64,000 nt of DNA from Nitrospirota bacterium (GTDB lineage Bacteria; Nitrospirota; UBA9217), in the NCBI GenBank assembly GCA_963751455.1, contig CAVVUN010000009.1, positions 128,001-192,000 on the forward strand. The letters run 5' to 3'. A program made the position numbers and the translations under genes. Below, in pieces: positions 19,661-28,880 of this stretch. Numbering within the stretch: position 1 is the first letter of the stretch; every line of letters starts with the position of its first letter. A model generated the notes under the pieces. It was not told the origin of the DNA and made no database searches. It was given only the letters and a program-made list of their open reading frames with translations.

Positions 19661-19689
19661 TTGACATCCCATTCCCCCGTTGTTAGCCT
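19661..19689 (+). promoter_or_regulatory. Promoter giving a probably leaderless GAF-hydrogenase transcript
   Basis: TTGACA-17 nt-TAGCCT with TG extension; ATG 7 nt downstream; no SD. Confidence 0.55.
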
Positions 19690-19695
19690 CAACAT

Positions 19696-20751
19696 ATGGG
19701 CGAATATCAAACAGACCAGTACGATATGTGCGTGGGGGTCGAGGAAGAACGCCATCTCACCGCAACGCTGAATAACCTCGTCAAGAGCATCACGGAAATC
19801 ATGGGAGTAAAGGGCTCTTCCATACGGCTTTTGGACGAAAGAAACGGCTATCTCCAGGTCGTAGCCGCGTATGGCTTAAGCAAGTCCTACCTGGACAAAG
19901 GTCCGCTGCTGCTTTCAGAGAACCCGATCGAACGGGAAATCCTTGCGGGAAAAATTGTGAGCACGCTGGATGTCACGAAGGAGGCCGGGGCCATCTACCG
20001 GGAAGAAGCGGAACGCGAAGGGATCAAGTCGATCATGAATGTTCCGCTTATGGCGGAAGAACGCGCGATCGGAATCGTGAGAGTATATACGGCTGAACCT
20101 CATGAGTTTACCCACGAGGAAACAGAACGCCTGAGGTCCCTGGCGTCCTTCGGGGGGGTGATCGTAGAACGGGCGAAGCTCTGGGACCAGACGCGCGCTC
20201 TTGTCTGCATCGCGAGGTCCATAAGTTCGTCACTGTCGCTTGGCGAGGTCCTTCAACTGATCGTGGAAAACGCAGTCAGTGCCCTCGGCATGAAGGCCTC
20301 GTCCATCCGGCTCCTTGACGAAAGCAGGCGGACTCTCGAAGTGAAGGCTGCGGCGGGTTTGAGCCCTGCGTATCTTGCAAAGGGTCCCATCGAGATCGGA
20401 AAGAGCCCTGTCGACCGGGAGTGCCTTTCGGGGAAATGCATAGCCTCGCCGGACATCAGCAAGGACACCCGGCTTCAATACCCGGAAGAAATAACGAAGG
20501 AAGGCATCGAGGGCATGCTCACGGTCCCGCTCAGCGTCAAGGGCAGGGCAATCGGAGTTCTCCGCATATACACCTCCGCGCCGTATGAATTTTCCTCATC
20601 GGAAATAGAATTCCTGAATGCGCTTGCGTCCTTCGGCGCCATAGCGATAGAGAACGCCCGCCTCTACGGACACGTCAAAACCGAATACGAGGAACTCACA
20701 AAAGATGTCTGGAAATGGTATGACTGGGGGTCCCGGTTCCCGAATATCTGA
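19696..20751 (+). CDS. Tandem GAF-domain protein with no output domain
   Basis: Two internally similar halves (SSIRLLDE...A.GLS..YL.KGP...VPL....AIG..R.YT..P.EF); ends AIENARLY plus a short tail. Confidence 0.9.
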   Translation: MGEYQTDQYDMCVGVEEERHLTATLNNLVKSITEIMGVKGSSIRLLDERNGYLQVVAAYGLSKSYLDKGPLLLSENPIEREILAGKIVSTLDVTKEAGAIYREEAEREGIKSIMNVPLMAEERAIGIVRVYTAEPHEFTHEETERLRSLASFGGVIVERAKLWDQTRALVCIARSISSSLSLGEVLQLIVENAVSALGMKASSIRLLDESRRTLEVKAAAGLSPAYLAKGPIEIGKSPVDRECLSGKCIASPDISKDTRLQYPEEITKEGIEGMLTVPLSVKGRAIGVLRIYTSAPYEFSSSEIEFLNALASFGAIAIENARLYGHVKTEYEELTKDVWKWYDWGSRFPNI

Positions 20752-21802
20752 TCTGCTCGTCTCGAAAAAGACATTTTATTCCTGGCTGGACTCGCTCAGG
20801 GGGAGATTTTCCCTTATAGGTCCGGTAAAGGAGGACGGTCTGACAGAATTCAGGCAGATCAATTCATCCGATGAACTGAACATGGGGTATCACTCCACCA
20901 TGCTTTCACCCGGAAAGGCGTATCTCTATAGACCGCGGGAAGAGCTTTTCCGGTTCTCTTTCAAAAAAAGCATTGAAATCAGTGAAGCACCCACAGACCC
21001 GGAACAAAGGGTCCTCATAGGGGTCCACTCCTGCGACACGAACGCGATACTCTACCTGGACAAGGTTTTTCTCGGCGCGTTCCGTGACCCGATCTATGAA
21101 GCTCGGAGAAACAATACGATGATCATCTCGCTCAATTGCGAGCGGGTATCAGGCAACTGCTTCTGCCCCTCGGTAGGAGCCGGGCCCTTTTTAAAATCCG
21201 GGAACGGCTGCGACATGCTTCTTACAGACTTTGGAGACGATTATCTGGTTGAACTGAAGACAGAGCGTGCGCACGGACTTTTCAACGTCGATGATATAAA
21301 ACAGAGCGGGGCCGGAGAGTTCAAGATTAAAGAAGAAAAAGAACGGGCCGCGCTTCAAAAGTTCACGAAGACGATCAACATGGAGGGTCTCGATACCGTC
21401 TTGAAGAAAGGATCCGAGCACCCCGTATGGCGGACCACCGCAGAGGAATTGTGCCTTTCGTGCACGAATTGCGTAATGGTCTGTCCCACCTGCTTCTGCT
21501 ACGATGTCGTGGACGAGACCGCTGTTGACAAAAAATCCGTGCGGAGATACCGGCAATGGGACGCCTGCCAGGACGCGAAGTTCGCTGAAGTTCACGGCGG
21601 CAATTTCAGGGCGAGAAGGACCGCGCGTCTGCGGCAGTTCGTCACGCACAAGCTGGGCCAGACCTTTCAGTTCGGGGTATTCGGGACGGTGGGCTGCGGG
21701 AGATGCATTACCTGGTGCCCGACGGGCATAGATCTTACGGAGATGGCAAAAGAGGTTCAGAAGGGCTATTCAGGAGTGAGTAATAGCGAGCGAATACGAT
21801 GA
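20705..21802 (+). CDS. Group 3b [NiFe]-hydrogenase (sulfhydrogenase) beta subunit, 4Fe-4S (AsrA/HydB-like)
   Basis: GVHSCD, CFC, CLSCTNCVMVCPTCFC and VGCGRCITWCP motifs; exact start uncertain. Confidence 0.9.
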   Translation: MSGNGMTGGPGSRISDLLVSKKTFYSWLDSLRGRFSLIGPVKEDGLTEFRQINSSDELNMGYHSTMLSPGKAYLYRPREELFRFSFKKSIEISEAPTDPEQRVLIGVHSCDTNAILYLDKVFLGAFRDPIYEARRNNTMIISLNCERVSGNCFCPSVGAGPFLKSGNGCDMLLTDFGDDYLVELKTERAHGLFNVDDIKQSGAGEFKIKEEKERAALQKFTKTINMEGLDTVLKKGSEHPVWRTTAEELCLSCTNCVMVCPTCFCYDVVDETAVDKKSVRRYRQWDACQDAKFAEVHGGNFRARRTARLRQFVTHKLGQTFQFGVFGTVGCGRCITWCPTGIDLTEMAKEVQKGYSGVSNSERIR

Positions 21803-22674
21803 TATCTCGAGCGTTAAGAATCGAAGATTCCCCGGAGCTTTCACCGAGGAGCTTCAATCCGCTTAAACCGATAAAGGCAGTCCTGACAGGAATCAAGGAC
21901 GAGGCAGTCGATGTCAAGACATACCGGCTCCAGGTCGGGGTCGACCTTGCGAAGGCCTCGAGCCCCGGACAGTTCAACATGATCGGGTATCCCGGCATAG
22001 GCGAGGCGCCGATTTCGTTCAGCTCGCTGTCCCGGACCAACTACGGCGAGATCGAGCATACCATACGGGCCGTCGGCATGGCGACCCGTTTTGTGGATAA
22101 GATAAAAAAAGGAGGGGAAATTCTTGTCAGAGGCCCATACGGCAGGGGATGGCCGATGAGCGAAGTAAAGGGAAAAGATATTGTCCTTGTGGGCGGCGGA
22201 ATCGGGTTGGCTCCGCTCAGGCCTGTAATCCAGGAAGTAATAAAAAACAGGGCCGATTACGGGAATGTTTTCGTCCTGTTCGGGGCCCGGAACGAAAAAG
22301 GACTGCTTTTCACGGACGAGTACAAAGAATGGCGGAAAGCAATCTCATTCCAGGTAACGGTCGATGAACTGGTCACGAAAAAACTCCTGAAGCATCGGGT
22401 CGGCCTGATCACAGGCCTCGTAAACGAATTGAAATTAAACGTGGACAAGACCATCGCATTCATCTGCGGACCGGAAATGATGATGCGTTTCGTATGCAAG
22501 GGCTTATCGCTGAAGGGTATTCCTGCCGCGGACATGTACGTTTCGCTCGAGAGGCGAATGAAGTGCGGCATAGGACAATGCGGCCACTGCCAGCACGTTG
22601 GTCTCTTCGTGTGCAAGGACGGCCCGGTCTTTTCGTATAAGAACGTGGCGGGGCTGTATGATGGACTGCTTTGA
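21799..22674 (+). CDS. Group 3b hydrogenase gamma subunit, FAD/NAD(P)-binding with 2Fe-2S
   Basis: PGQFNM, GEAPIS, RGPYG, GGGIGLAPLR, CGPE and MKCGIGQCGHC..CKDGPV motifs. Confidence 0.92.
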   Translation: MISRALRIEDSPELSPRSFNPLKPIKAVLTGIKDEAVDVKTYRLQVGVDLAKASSPGQFNMIGYPGIGEAPISFSSLSRTNYGEIEHTIRAVGMATRFVDKIKKGGEILVRGPYGRGWPMSEVKGKDIVLVGGGIGLAPLRPVIQEVIKNRADYGNVFVLFGARNEKGLLFTDEYKEWRKAISFQVTVDELVTKKLLKHRVGLITGLVNELKLNVDKTIAFICGPEMMMRFVCKGLSLKGIPAADMYVSLERRMKCGIGQCGHCQHVGLFVCKDGPVFSYKNVAGLYDGLL

Positions 22675-22762
22675 TTGCGGATTGCGGAATGCACCCTGCA
22701 CTCGCGCTATGCACTCATACGCGCTGGGTGTAAACGGATTGCGGAACGGAAAAAACGTATTG

Positions 22763-22785
22763 GTAGCCGCAGGCTTTAGCCTGCG
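22763..22785. repeat. GTAG-type REP palindrome
   Basis: GTAG followed by CGCAGGC-TTTA-GCCTGCG. Confidence 0.7.
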
Positions 22786-22860
22786 AGGTAGAGTTGTAGA
22801 ATCCATGCTGATGGGTTAAATAAGACGATCGTTAATCAATTAATTGTAGGGGAACCGGGA

Positions 22861-23652
22861 ATGCATCATAACGGAAGCGGCAATCATAAAGTCCGGCTCG
22901 GCTTCTTCAAATATTCCTGCTGCGCGGGATGCGAGTTCCAGACGTTCTATTTTCAGAGGCATCTTTCCGAGACCCTGGAAGCCTTCGAGATCGTTTTTGC
23001 CCGGATGGTGTCCAGCGGAGGCACTCCGGAAGGGCCGTTCGACGTGGCGCTGATCGAGGGCACGATAACAGAGGCCTGGCAGATCGACGAGCTGAAAAGA
23101 ACGCGCAGGAACAGCAAACTGGTTTTCGCGATCGGGGCCTGCGCGGTAAACGGCGGCATACCCGCGATCAAGACAATGCTGCCGGAACTAGAGGTGGAGG
23201 AGAGCGTGTATGACGACATCTCCACGATCCATTCGATCCGGCCGCATCCCATAGACGTCTACATACCGGTTGACGGATATATCAGAGGCTGCCCTCCGGG
23301 AGAAAGGGACCTGTTCGAGGCGCTTTCTTCCGTGCTGACCGGGAAGGAGCCCGATTTTCTGAAATACGCGGTATGCGTGGAATGCAAGCTGAAAAAAAAT
23401 ATCTGTGTACTCGTTGCCCACAACATGCCGTGCATGGGCCCGGTGACGAATGCGGGGTGCGGCGCGCTCTGCCCGAGCTACAAAAGGCCTTGTTATTCCT
23501 GTTTCGGTTCCATGAAGCAGGCGAATGCGCCTGCCCTTGCGAAACGGTTCATGAAGATCGGCTTGTCGCAGGCCGATATCCGGAGGAAGTTCACGATGTT
23601 TGATTCAAATACGAGCGAATTCAGGAAAGCTGCCGACATGGGTGAGGAGTAA
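22861..23652 (+). CDS. Group 3b hydrogenase delta (small) subunit
   Basis: SCCAGC, IEG, GACAVNGG, RGCPP, VCVEC, CMGPVT..GCGALCP and CYSCFG motifs. Confidence 0.92.
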   Translation: MHHNGSGNHKVRLGFFKYSCCAGCEFQTFYFQRHLSETLEAFEIVFARMVSSGGTPEGPFDVALIEGTITEAWQIDELKRTRRNSKLVFAIGACAVNGGIPAIKTMLPELEVEESVYDDISTIHSIRPHPIDVYIPVDGYIRGCPPGERDLFEALSSVLTGKEPDFLKYAVCVECKLKKNICVLVAHNMPCMGPVTNAGCGALCPSYKRPCYSCFGSMKQANAPALAKRFMKIGLSQADIRRKFTMFDSNTSEFRKAADMGEE

Positions 23653-23740
23653 TGAGGCAACCTTCTGAATCGATAAGCAGAACCTGGATCTTGAAACTTC
23701 TATCCGCAGATTTCGCAGATATACGCTGATTTTAAATAAA

Positions 23741-23870
23741 CGGGCTGTTGCCTAAACCACCGTTCACCCTTCGACAGGCTCTGGGCGAACGGTGTAGTCA
23801 TTGAGTATTATAAAATTATCCGTTCGTGCTGAGCCTGTCGAAGCACAAAATCGGTTTGGGCAACAGCCTG
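23741..23870. mobile_element. MITE family B carrying a CTTCGACAGGCTC...GAGCCTGTCGAAG palindrome
   Basis: 18-bp imperfect TIRs CGGGCTGTTGCCTAAACC / GGTTTGGGCAACAGCCTG; 4-bp flanking TAAA duplication. Confidence 0.75.
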
Positions 23871-23958
23871 TAAAGTTATAACATCTTATTATTAACAGTC
23901 TCATAATAGTGTGTACATCATTTCGAGAATCCCTCCTAACCTCCCTTTTCCAAGGGAG

Positions 23959-25245
23959 TGTGCAACATGCACATGGGTTACATTTTAACCTGTGGACATG
24001 GGTTACACTTTTTTTAACTTAGGTTCCACTTTTCCGAGCTTGACGTCGAGTATGCCGATAGGATGGAAACCGAAGCGAATTTCGTATTTTCCATCGGCAG
24101 TCTCGATAAGGCCGATTCTCGCTCCGGCCAGGAGCTCGGAGATGAAGTAGTAAGTTCTGTTAAACCGGATCTCGCCGTGAAGGCGGATCTTGCGGACCTT
24201 GATGCCATGATCGTACTCAGGTTCGCGGAGTTTTTCCGGGAACCTCCTGGGTGATGGTTCGTAAACGCTCGCGGGTGTCTTTTTATTGAGCGCCTCATGC
24301 GGGCGGTCGTAATTGTACTCGTGCCGGAACTCATCAAACCGGATTTGCTGCCGGTCCATATTGGCCTTAGGCGGCTTGGCGGTGTCCTGTTTCAGGGTCC
24401 GGTGCATCCGCTCGTGGCGCCCGTTCTGCTGGGGCTTGCCGGATTCTATCCGTTCCGGCCTGATACCGAGTTTGATGAGCCATACCGACAATCGGCTGAG
24501 GCCCGTTACCCCGCGTCCGGCAAACGGCGTCCCGTTGTCGGTACGAATCGCTTCCGGCAGGCCGAACTCCCGGAACGCCCACTCGAACCAGGGCTGGGTG
24601 TCCGCATGGCAAGGGGAATAAAGGCCCTTGCACGTAAGCAGGTAACGGCTCATGTTGTCGGTGATGGTCAAGGGATAACACCATCGGCCGTCGCCTGTCT
24701 TGAACTGGCCCTTGTAGTCTGCGCTCCAGACTTTGTTCGGTGCATCGCAGGCCAGGAACGGCTCACTGTATTTCGGCGTTTTCTTGCGCAGCCGCCGGTC
24801 CTTGACAAGGCCGTGTCGTTTAAGCCATTTCTCGGCGGTACAGACAGAGGGCCATTTAATCTGGGGCTCGTCCCGGTTTAAGAGGTCTAACAGCTTCTCG
24901 GGACCCCAGGTCATATGCAGCAGCTTTGCTTCAACCAGACGGTTGATGATTTCCTCATCGGTCTGGTTCGGGTGAACGATTGGAGCTCGGCAGAGCTCTT
25001 TCAGGCCGTCTTGGCCGAGACTGTCGTAACGCTCGGTCCACTTATAAATTGTCTTGCGGCTTACTCCGTAGATCACCGACAGATCGGTGATACTGTAGCC
25101 GTTAAGCCAGTCGGCTATTAGCTTTAAACGCTCTTCCATGGGCTCCGTCTTTCTCCAGGGCATAGGATGATCCTCCTAGCCCTGCAGTTTAACGTGTTAC
25201 CCATGTCCATAGGTTAGTTTGTTACCTATGTTAGCAGGTTGTACC
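23959..25245 (-). mobile_element. IS481-family insertion sequence
   Basis: Imperfect IRs TGTGCAACATGCACATGGGTTACA / TGTTACCTATGTTAGCAGGTTGTACC; repeated ACATGGGTTACA-type subterminal sites; GAG duplicated on both sides. Confidence 0.85.
24003..25163 (-). CDS. IS481-family DDE transposase
   Basis: MPW N-terminus, HTH, WSADYKG, TDNG and QNGRHERMHRTLK motifs. Confidence 0.93.
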   Translation of the reverse strand: MPWRKTEPMEERLKLIADWLNGYSITDLSVIYGVSRKTIYKWTERYDSLGQDGLKELCRAPIVHPNQTDEEIINRLVEAKLLHMTWGPEKLLDLLNRDEPQIKWPSVCTAEKWLKRHGLVKDRRLRKKTPKYSEPFLACDAPNKVWSADYKGQFKTGDGRWCYPLTITDNMSRYLLTCKGLYSPCHADTQPWFEWAFREFGLPEAIRTDNGTPFAGRGVTGLSRLSVWLIKLGIRPERIESGKPQQNGRHERMHRTLKQDTAKPPKANMDRQQIRFDEFRHEYNYDRPHEALNKKTPASVYEPSPRRFPEKLREPEYDHGIKVRKIRLHGEIRFNRTYYFISELLAGARIGLIETADGKYEIRFGFHPIGILDVKLGKVEPKLKKV

Positions 25246-25375
25246 GAGGCATTTCCCCTCTTTCGCAAAGAGGGGTTAGGGGAGATTTTATAAAGACATG
25301 TTCAGATTATTTTGAGACCATTAATAAGTGCGTTTAATCGGAGAAATCTGCGCAATCTGCGGCTAAAGAATTTCA

Positions 25376-26614
25376 ATGAGAGTAAACATCGACTACATAG
25401 CGAGGGTGGAGGGAGAGGGCTCGGTTAAATTCGAGATCCGGGCGGGGAAGCTCACCAGTCTGAAGCTCAATATCTGGGAGCCGCCGCGTTTCTTCGAAGG
25501 TTTTCTGAAAGGCAGAAATTTTGACGAAGCCCCGGACATTACGGCCCGGATCTGCGGCATCTGCCCGGTATCGCATATGGCCACTTCGATCCGCGCAGTC
25601 GAAAAAGCGATCGGGTTTACGCCGAGCGAGGAGATCATCAGGCTGAGGCGGATCATGTCTCTCAGCCAGATCGCTGCGAGCCATATCGTCCACCTGTATG
25701 TGCTCGTATTGCCCGACTATCACCGGCTTCACGCGGTTACCGGCATGCAGAAGGAGATTACCCGGCTTTTAAGGATCAAGGAGGTTCTGAACCGCGTCAC
25801 GGGCGCATTCGGGGGACGGGCCCTTCATCCCGTGGCAATGGTAGTGGGAGGTTTCACGAAGCTGCCGTCAAAAGACACGATCGGGGCGCTTATCGACGGG
25901 CTCGAGACCATCAAGGAAGATGTGCGGGACACACTTACGATGGTTGCTGCCCTGCATTATCCTGCTCTAGAAACCGACTTGGAATTCATTGCACTTTCCG
26001 GGCAGGACGGATACCAGATCAACAAGGGAAGGATAACCTCGAACCTTGGGCTGGATCTCGATGAGGACAATTACAGCACCGCTTTCACAGAAAGTGAAGT
26101 GCCGTACTCCAACGCGAAGAGGACCGTGGTTAAGGGCAGGGGGGGGATGATGGTCGGTGCTTTGGCCAGGCTGAACCTGAATCTCGATAATGTTCACCCG
26201 GAAGCAAAAAAGGCGGCTTCAGAGATCGGTTTTACTCCGCCGGTAAGAAACCCGTATATGAATAATATCGCACAGGCGATTGAGACGATTCATTGTTTGC
26301 ACGAATGTCTGGATCTACTCGGCAAGGTTGAACAGAAGGACTATTTTATAAAACCCGTGGTGCACGAAGGCTTCGGGACAGCGGTAACTGAAGCGCCCCG
26401 GGGGCTCCTCTGCCACCAGTACGGGATTAATCGCCGTGGAGTTGTGGAAAAAGCCAATATTGTAACTCCAACGGCGCACAATTTCATGGGTCTCGAGGAT
26501 AACCTGAGACAACTTATCACCGACAATATCGACCTCCCGCAGCCGGAGCTGTCGCTCAAGTGCGAAATGCTCGTACGAGCGTACGATCCGTGCTTCTCAT
26601 GTTCGGTACACTGA
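25376..26614 (+). CDS. Group 3b [NiFe]-hydrogenase alpha (large) subunit
   Basis: RVEGEG, L1 RICGICP, EAPRG, and L2 DPCFSCSVH followed directly by stop. Confidence 0.95.
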   Translation: MRVNIDYIARVEGEGSVKFEIRAGKLTSLKLNIWEPPRFFEGFLKGRNFDEAPDITARICGICPVSHMATSIRAVEKAIGFTPSEEIIRLRRIMSLSQIAASHIVHLYVLVLPDYHRLHAVTGMQKEITRLLRIKEVLNRVTGAFGGRALHPVAMVVGGFTKLPSKDTIGALIDGLETIKEDVRDTLTMVAALHYPALETDLEFIALSGQDGYQINKGRITSNLGLDLDEDNYSTAFTESEVPYSNAKRTVVKGRGGMMVGALARLNLNLDNVHPEAKKAASEIGFTPPVRNPYMNNIAQAIETIHCLHECLDLLGKVEQKDYFIKPVVHEGFGTAVTEAPRGLLCHQYGINRRGVVEKANIVTPTAHNFMGLEDNLRQLITDNIDLPQPELSLKCEMLVRAYDPCFSCSVH

Positions 26615-26887
26615 CAACTACTCTTCTCTTCGTAATGATCCCTTGAGATTTATGCGTAATCGCTCAATTCCGCCCGCAATCAGGATTGAACTTCTTTCCG
26701 TTCCAAAACCGCATTAAACTGTTTCACCGTCATCCCGAATCGGTTGCCATGGGCGCGATTCTCCCGAAAGGCTATTCCGTTTTGGAATATTATTTTCTTT
26801 TTTCAGATAATCCATAAAATGAATATTATCCGATTGCCAAGATTCCAGTATAATCAATCAAATAGGTCAATTTCATTCTTAAAATAA

Positions 26888-26916
26888 TTGACCATGGACG
26901 CGATGTATGCTACTGT
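26888..26916 (+). promoter_or_regulatory. Possible promoter at the head of the cassette array
   Basis: TTGACC-17 nt-TACTGT with TG extension. Confidence 0.35.
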
Positions 26917-26966
26917 ATTTTCGAACCGATACTATCTTGTTGAACTTGAATTTACCGAGAATATAA

Positions 26967-27899
26967 ATGACGACTTTCGCGTATAGGATCAAATTCTATC
27001 TTTCCGAACATGACCGCATTAATCAGGAAGGGAAAGAATTCCAATTGCAATCGACGACAAATGGTCAGGATATGGTTTTGAAGGCTGTAGCCAATGCGAA
27101 TATAAAAGATACAAATGAGTTATGTGTCATAGGGACCGGGTTTACATCGCCCGATGAAGCCTATCAATGTGGCATCAAAGTAAAAAATGCTATTCATTTA
27201 ACAGGTGCGGTTTTGAGGATAGGAATTGATGTCGGGAAAGATGACTCTAAGAAGTTGCTGGACTTTACGGTTTATCAATTTAAAGATAAAGTTCGGAATT
27301 GTCTTCATGACGTTCATGGTTTGTTAATATACAAAGATGAGCCTTCGATTTCGTTTATCTCCGTTCACGGCAATGTAACAATCGGTGTCCCGGCTAATAG
27401 GTTTGATGTCGCGTTGAGCAAGGCAATTAATGTTAATATCTCTGAGAAACACCTTCTTGCTCTTGAATTATATAATATGTCTCGCTTTGAGTCTTCCCTA
27501 CGTGCTCGTTTAATAACCCTCGTTACAGCAGTTGAATCATTGATAAAACGTCAGGAAATTGCGCCCGCCATGCTGTGTCACATCGATAAATTAATTCAGT
27601 ATTCTCTAGAATCCGAAGAGTCGCAGCTTTCGGAAGATCAAAAAAGAAGCATTATTAAAAGCCTTGAGGATTTAAAAAAAGAGTCTATAGCCAGATCTTG
27701 CCGGCAATTTGTAAAGCGTCATATGGCTAATGAAGCAAAAGATTTTTTTCACAGCGCTTATGATATCCGCAGCAGAATGCTTCACGACGGTCTCATCCCG
27801 GTTGGTGTTAATTTAGGCCAGTTTGTACCCAAATTAGACAATCTCGTTTCGCAATTGATTGTTAAAGATTTGGATCCTCATCTTATCGCGATTAATTGA
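26967..27899 (+). CDS. HEPN-like (ApeA/MauJ-type) protein, cassette 1
   Basis: LVTAVESL helix and C-terminal RSRMLH (Rx4H); AT-rich; followed by attC. Confidence 0.7.
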   Translation: MTTFAYRIKFYLSEHDRINQEGKEFQLQSTTNGQDMVLKAVANANIKDTNELCVIGTGFTSPDEAYQCGIKVKNAIHLTGAVLRIGIDVGKDDSKKLLDFTVYQFKDKVRNCLHDVHGLLIYKDEPSISFISVHGNVTIGVPANRFDVALSKAINVNISEKHLLALELYNMSRFESSLRARLITLVTAVESLIKRQEIAPAMLCHIDKLIQYSLESEESQLSEDQKRSIIKSLEDLKKESIARSCRQFVKRHMANEAKDFFHSAYDIRSRMLHDGLIPVGVNLGQFVPKLDNLVSQLIVKDLDPHLIAIN

Positions 27900-27963
27900 G
27901 ACTGCGAATGTCTACTCCGCGTCCAAGTACCTCAGCAGTTTGGTGTGCACAGCGAACCAATGA

Positions 27964-28023
27964 TTTCAACCACCGCGTCCACATCGACTCGCCAAAATGC
28001 GGCGAGTGACGCGTTCGTTAGTC
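27964..28023 (+). other. attC site 1
   Basis: TTTCAAC...GTTAGTC ends with imperfect palindrome CGCGTC(C)AC..TCGCC / GGCGA GTGACGCG. Confidence 0.75.
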
Positions 28024-28060
28024 TTGAACACAATTTCCATTGAATCAACCGAGGTTCTTT

Positions 28061-28810
28061 ATGTGGAATTATTTATTATATTTAGCCGGAGCTATTGTTG
28101 CTGTATTTAACCATCTTAAAGATTGGGATGCTCACAAAACATTCTGGCGCAGATGGGTTGTTTTAGTATTGATAATCGCAATTGGAATTGGTGGTGTCAT
28201 AAATAATTACTTCACAGATAAAAAAGCAGATAGTCAGCATGAGGCAGACCAAAAAGAAATTGATAAGGCAAAAGCGGTTTTTGGCACGATGTCGCAGGAA
28301 TTGCATGAATTAAAAAAAGAGATTAAGACAACGGGGTTGTACAAAAAGATTGCATCAATGCAGGCAAAGATTGAGGAGAATCAAAAGGCACTTGATTCAA
28401 GGAAAGCGTCACTAATATTTTCATTTGGTGGTCATGGGAAAGAAGCCATACGTTCTATATCTTTGCCGGTAAAGGATAGCAAAGTCCATTTTGATTTTTC
28501 TATCTGGAATGATACAGAAATTAATGCACAAGATGTAATGCTTCAACTGCATATTTGCGATGGTTGTAAATATATTTCAAAACCGGAAGGATTTGCAACG
28601 GGTGTTGGCCTAGCAGATACCGTACTTGTGAATAATCCACGAATAGTATTTGGGCGAGCTAATACAGAACTATTTAGCACAGACATTGAAGTACCGCAAG
28701 GAGTCCAGGCTGTGCAGGTCGGTATGGTTTATCGCTGTAGTAACTGTGTCGTTCCAAAGGCTGGCGAGGTTAATGAGAACGTCGGATTAATAAATTTGAT
28801 TCGTCAATGA
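28061..28810 (+). CDS. Membrane-anchored hypothetical protein (2 TM, coiled coil, beta-rich domain), cassette 2
   Basis: Two N-terminal hydrophobic helices; two CxxC pairs; stop directly before attC. Confidence 0.75.
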   Translation: MWNYLLYLAGAIVAVFNHLKDWDAHKTFWRRWVVLVLIIAIGIGGVINNYFTDKKADSQHEADQKEIDKAKAVFGTMSQELHELKKEIKTTGLYKKIASMQAKIEENQKALDSRKASLIFSFGGHGKEAIRSISLPVKDSKVHFDFSIWNDTEINAQDVMLQLHICDGCKYISKPEGFATGVGLADTVLVNNPRIVFGRANTELFSTDIEVPQGVQAVQVGMVYRCSNCVVPKAGEVNENVGLINLIRQ

Positions 28811-28870
28811 TTCTAACCATTCGGCTCGAGAGGGCCGCGAAAAACGCGCCCCTCAGCCGAGCCGTTAACA
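28811..28870 (+). other. attC site 2
   Basis: TTCTAAC..TCGGCT(C)GAGAGGGC....GCCCCTCAGCCGA..GTTAACA. Confidence 0.85.
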
Positions 28871-28880
28871 CGATAAGAAA

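Larger units (their letters stand above)
23889..25327. mobile_element. MITE-like element C, interrupted by IS481
   Basis: Imperfect TIRs TTATTAACAGTCTCATAATA / TATTTTGAGACCATTAATAA enclose an AATCCCTCCTAACCTCCCTTT...AAAGAGGGGTTAGGGGAGATT palindrome; boundaries approximate. Confidence 0.6.

Noticed and set aside
26615-26966. Possible intI remnant or attI; IR TTCCAAAAC/GTTTTGGAA at ~26701-26787
   Set aside because: No recombinase motifs readable and no attI identifiable by eye; the IR alone is too weak to call.
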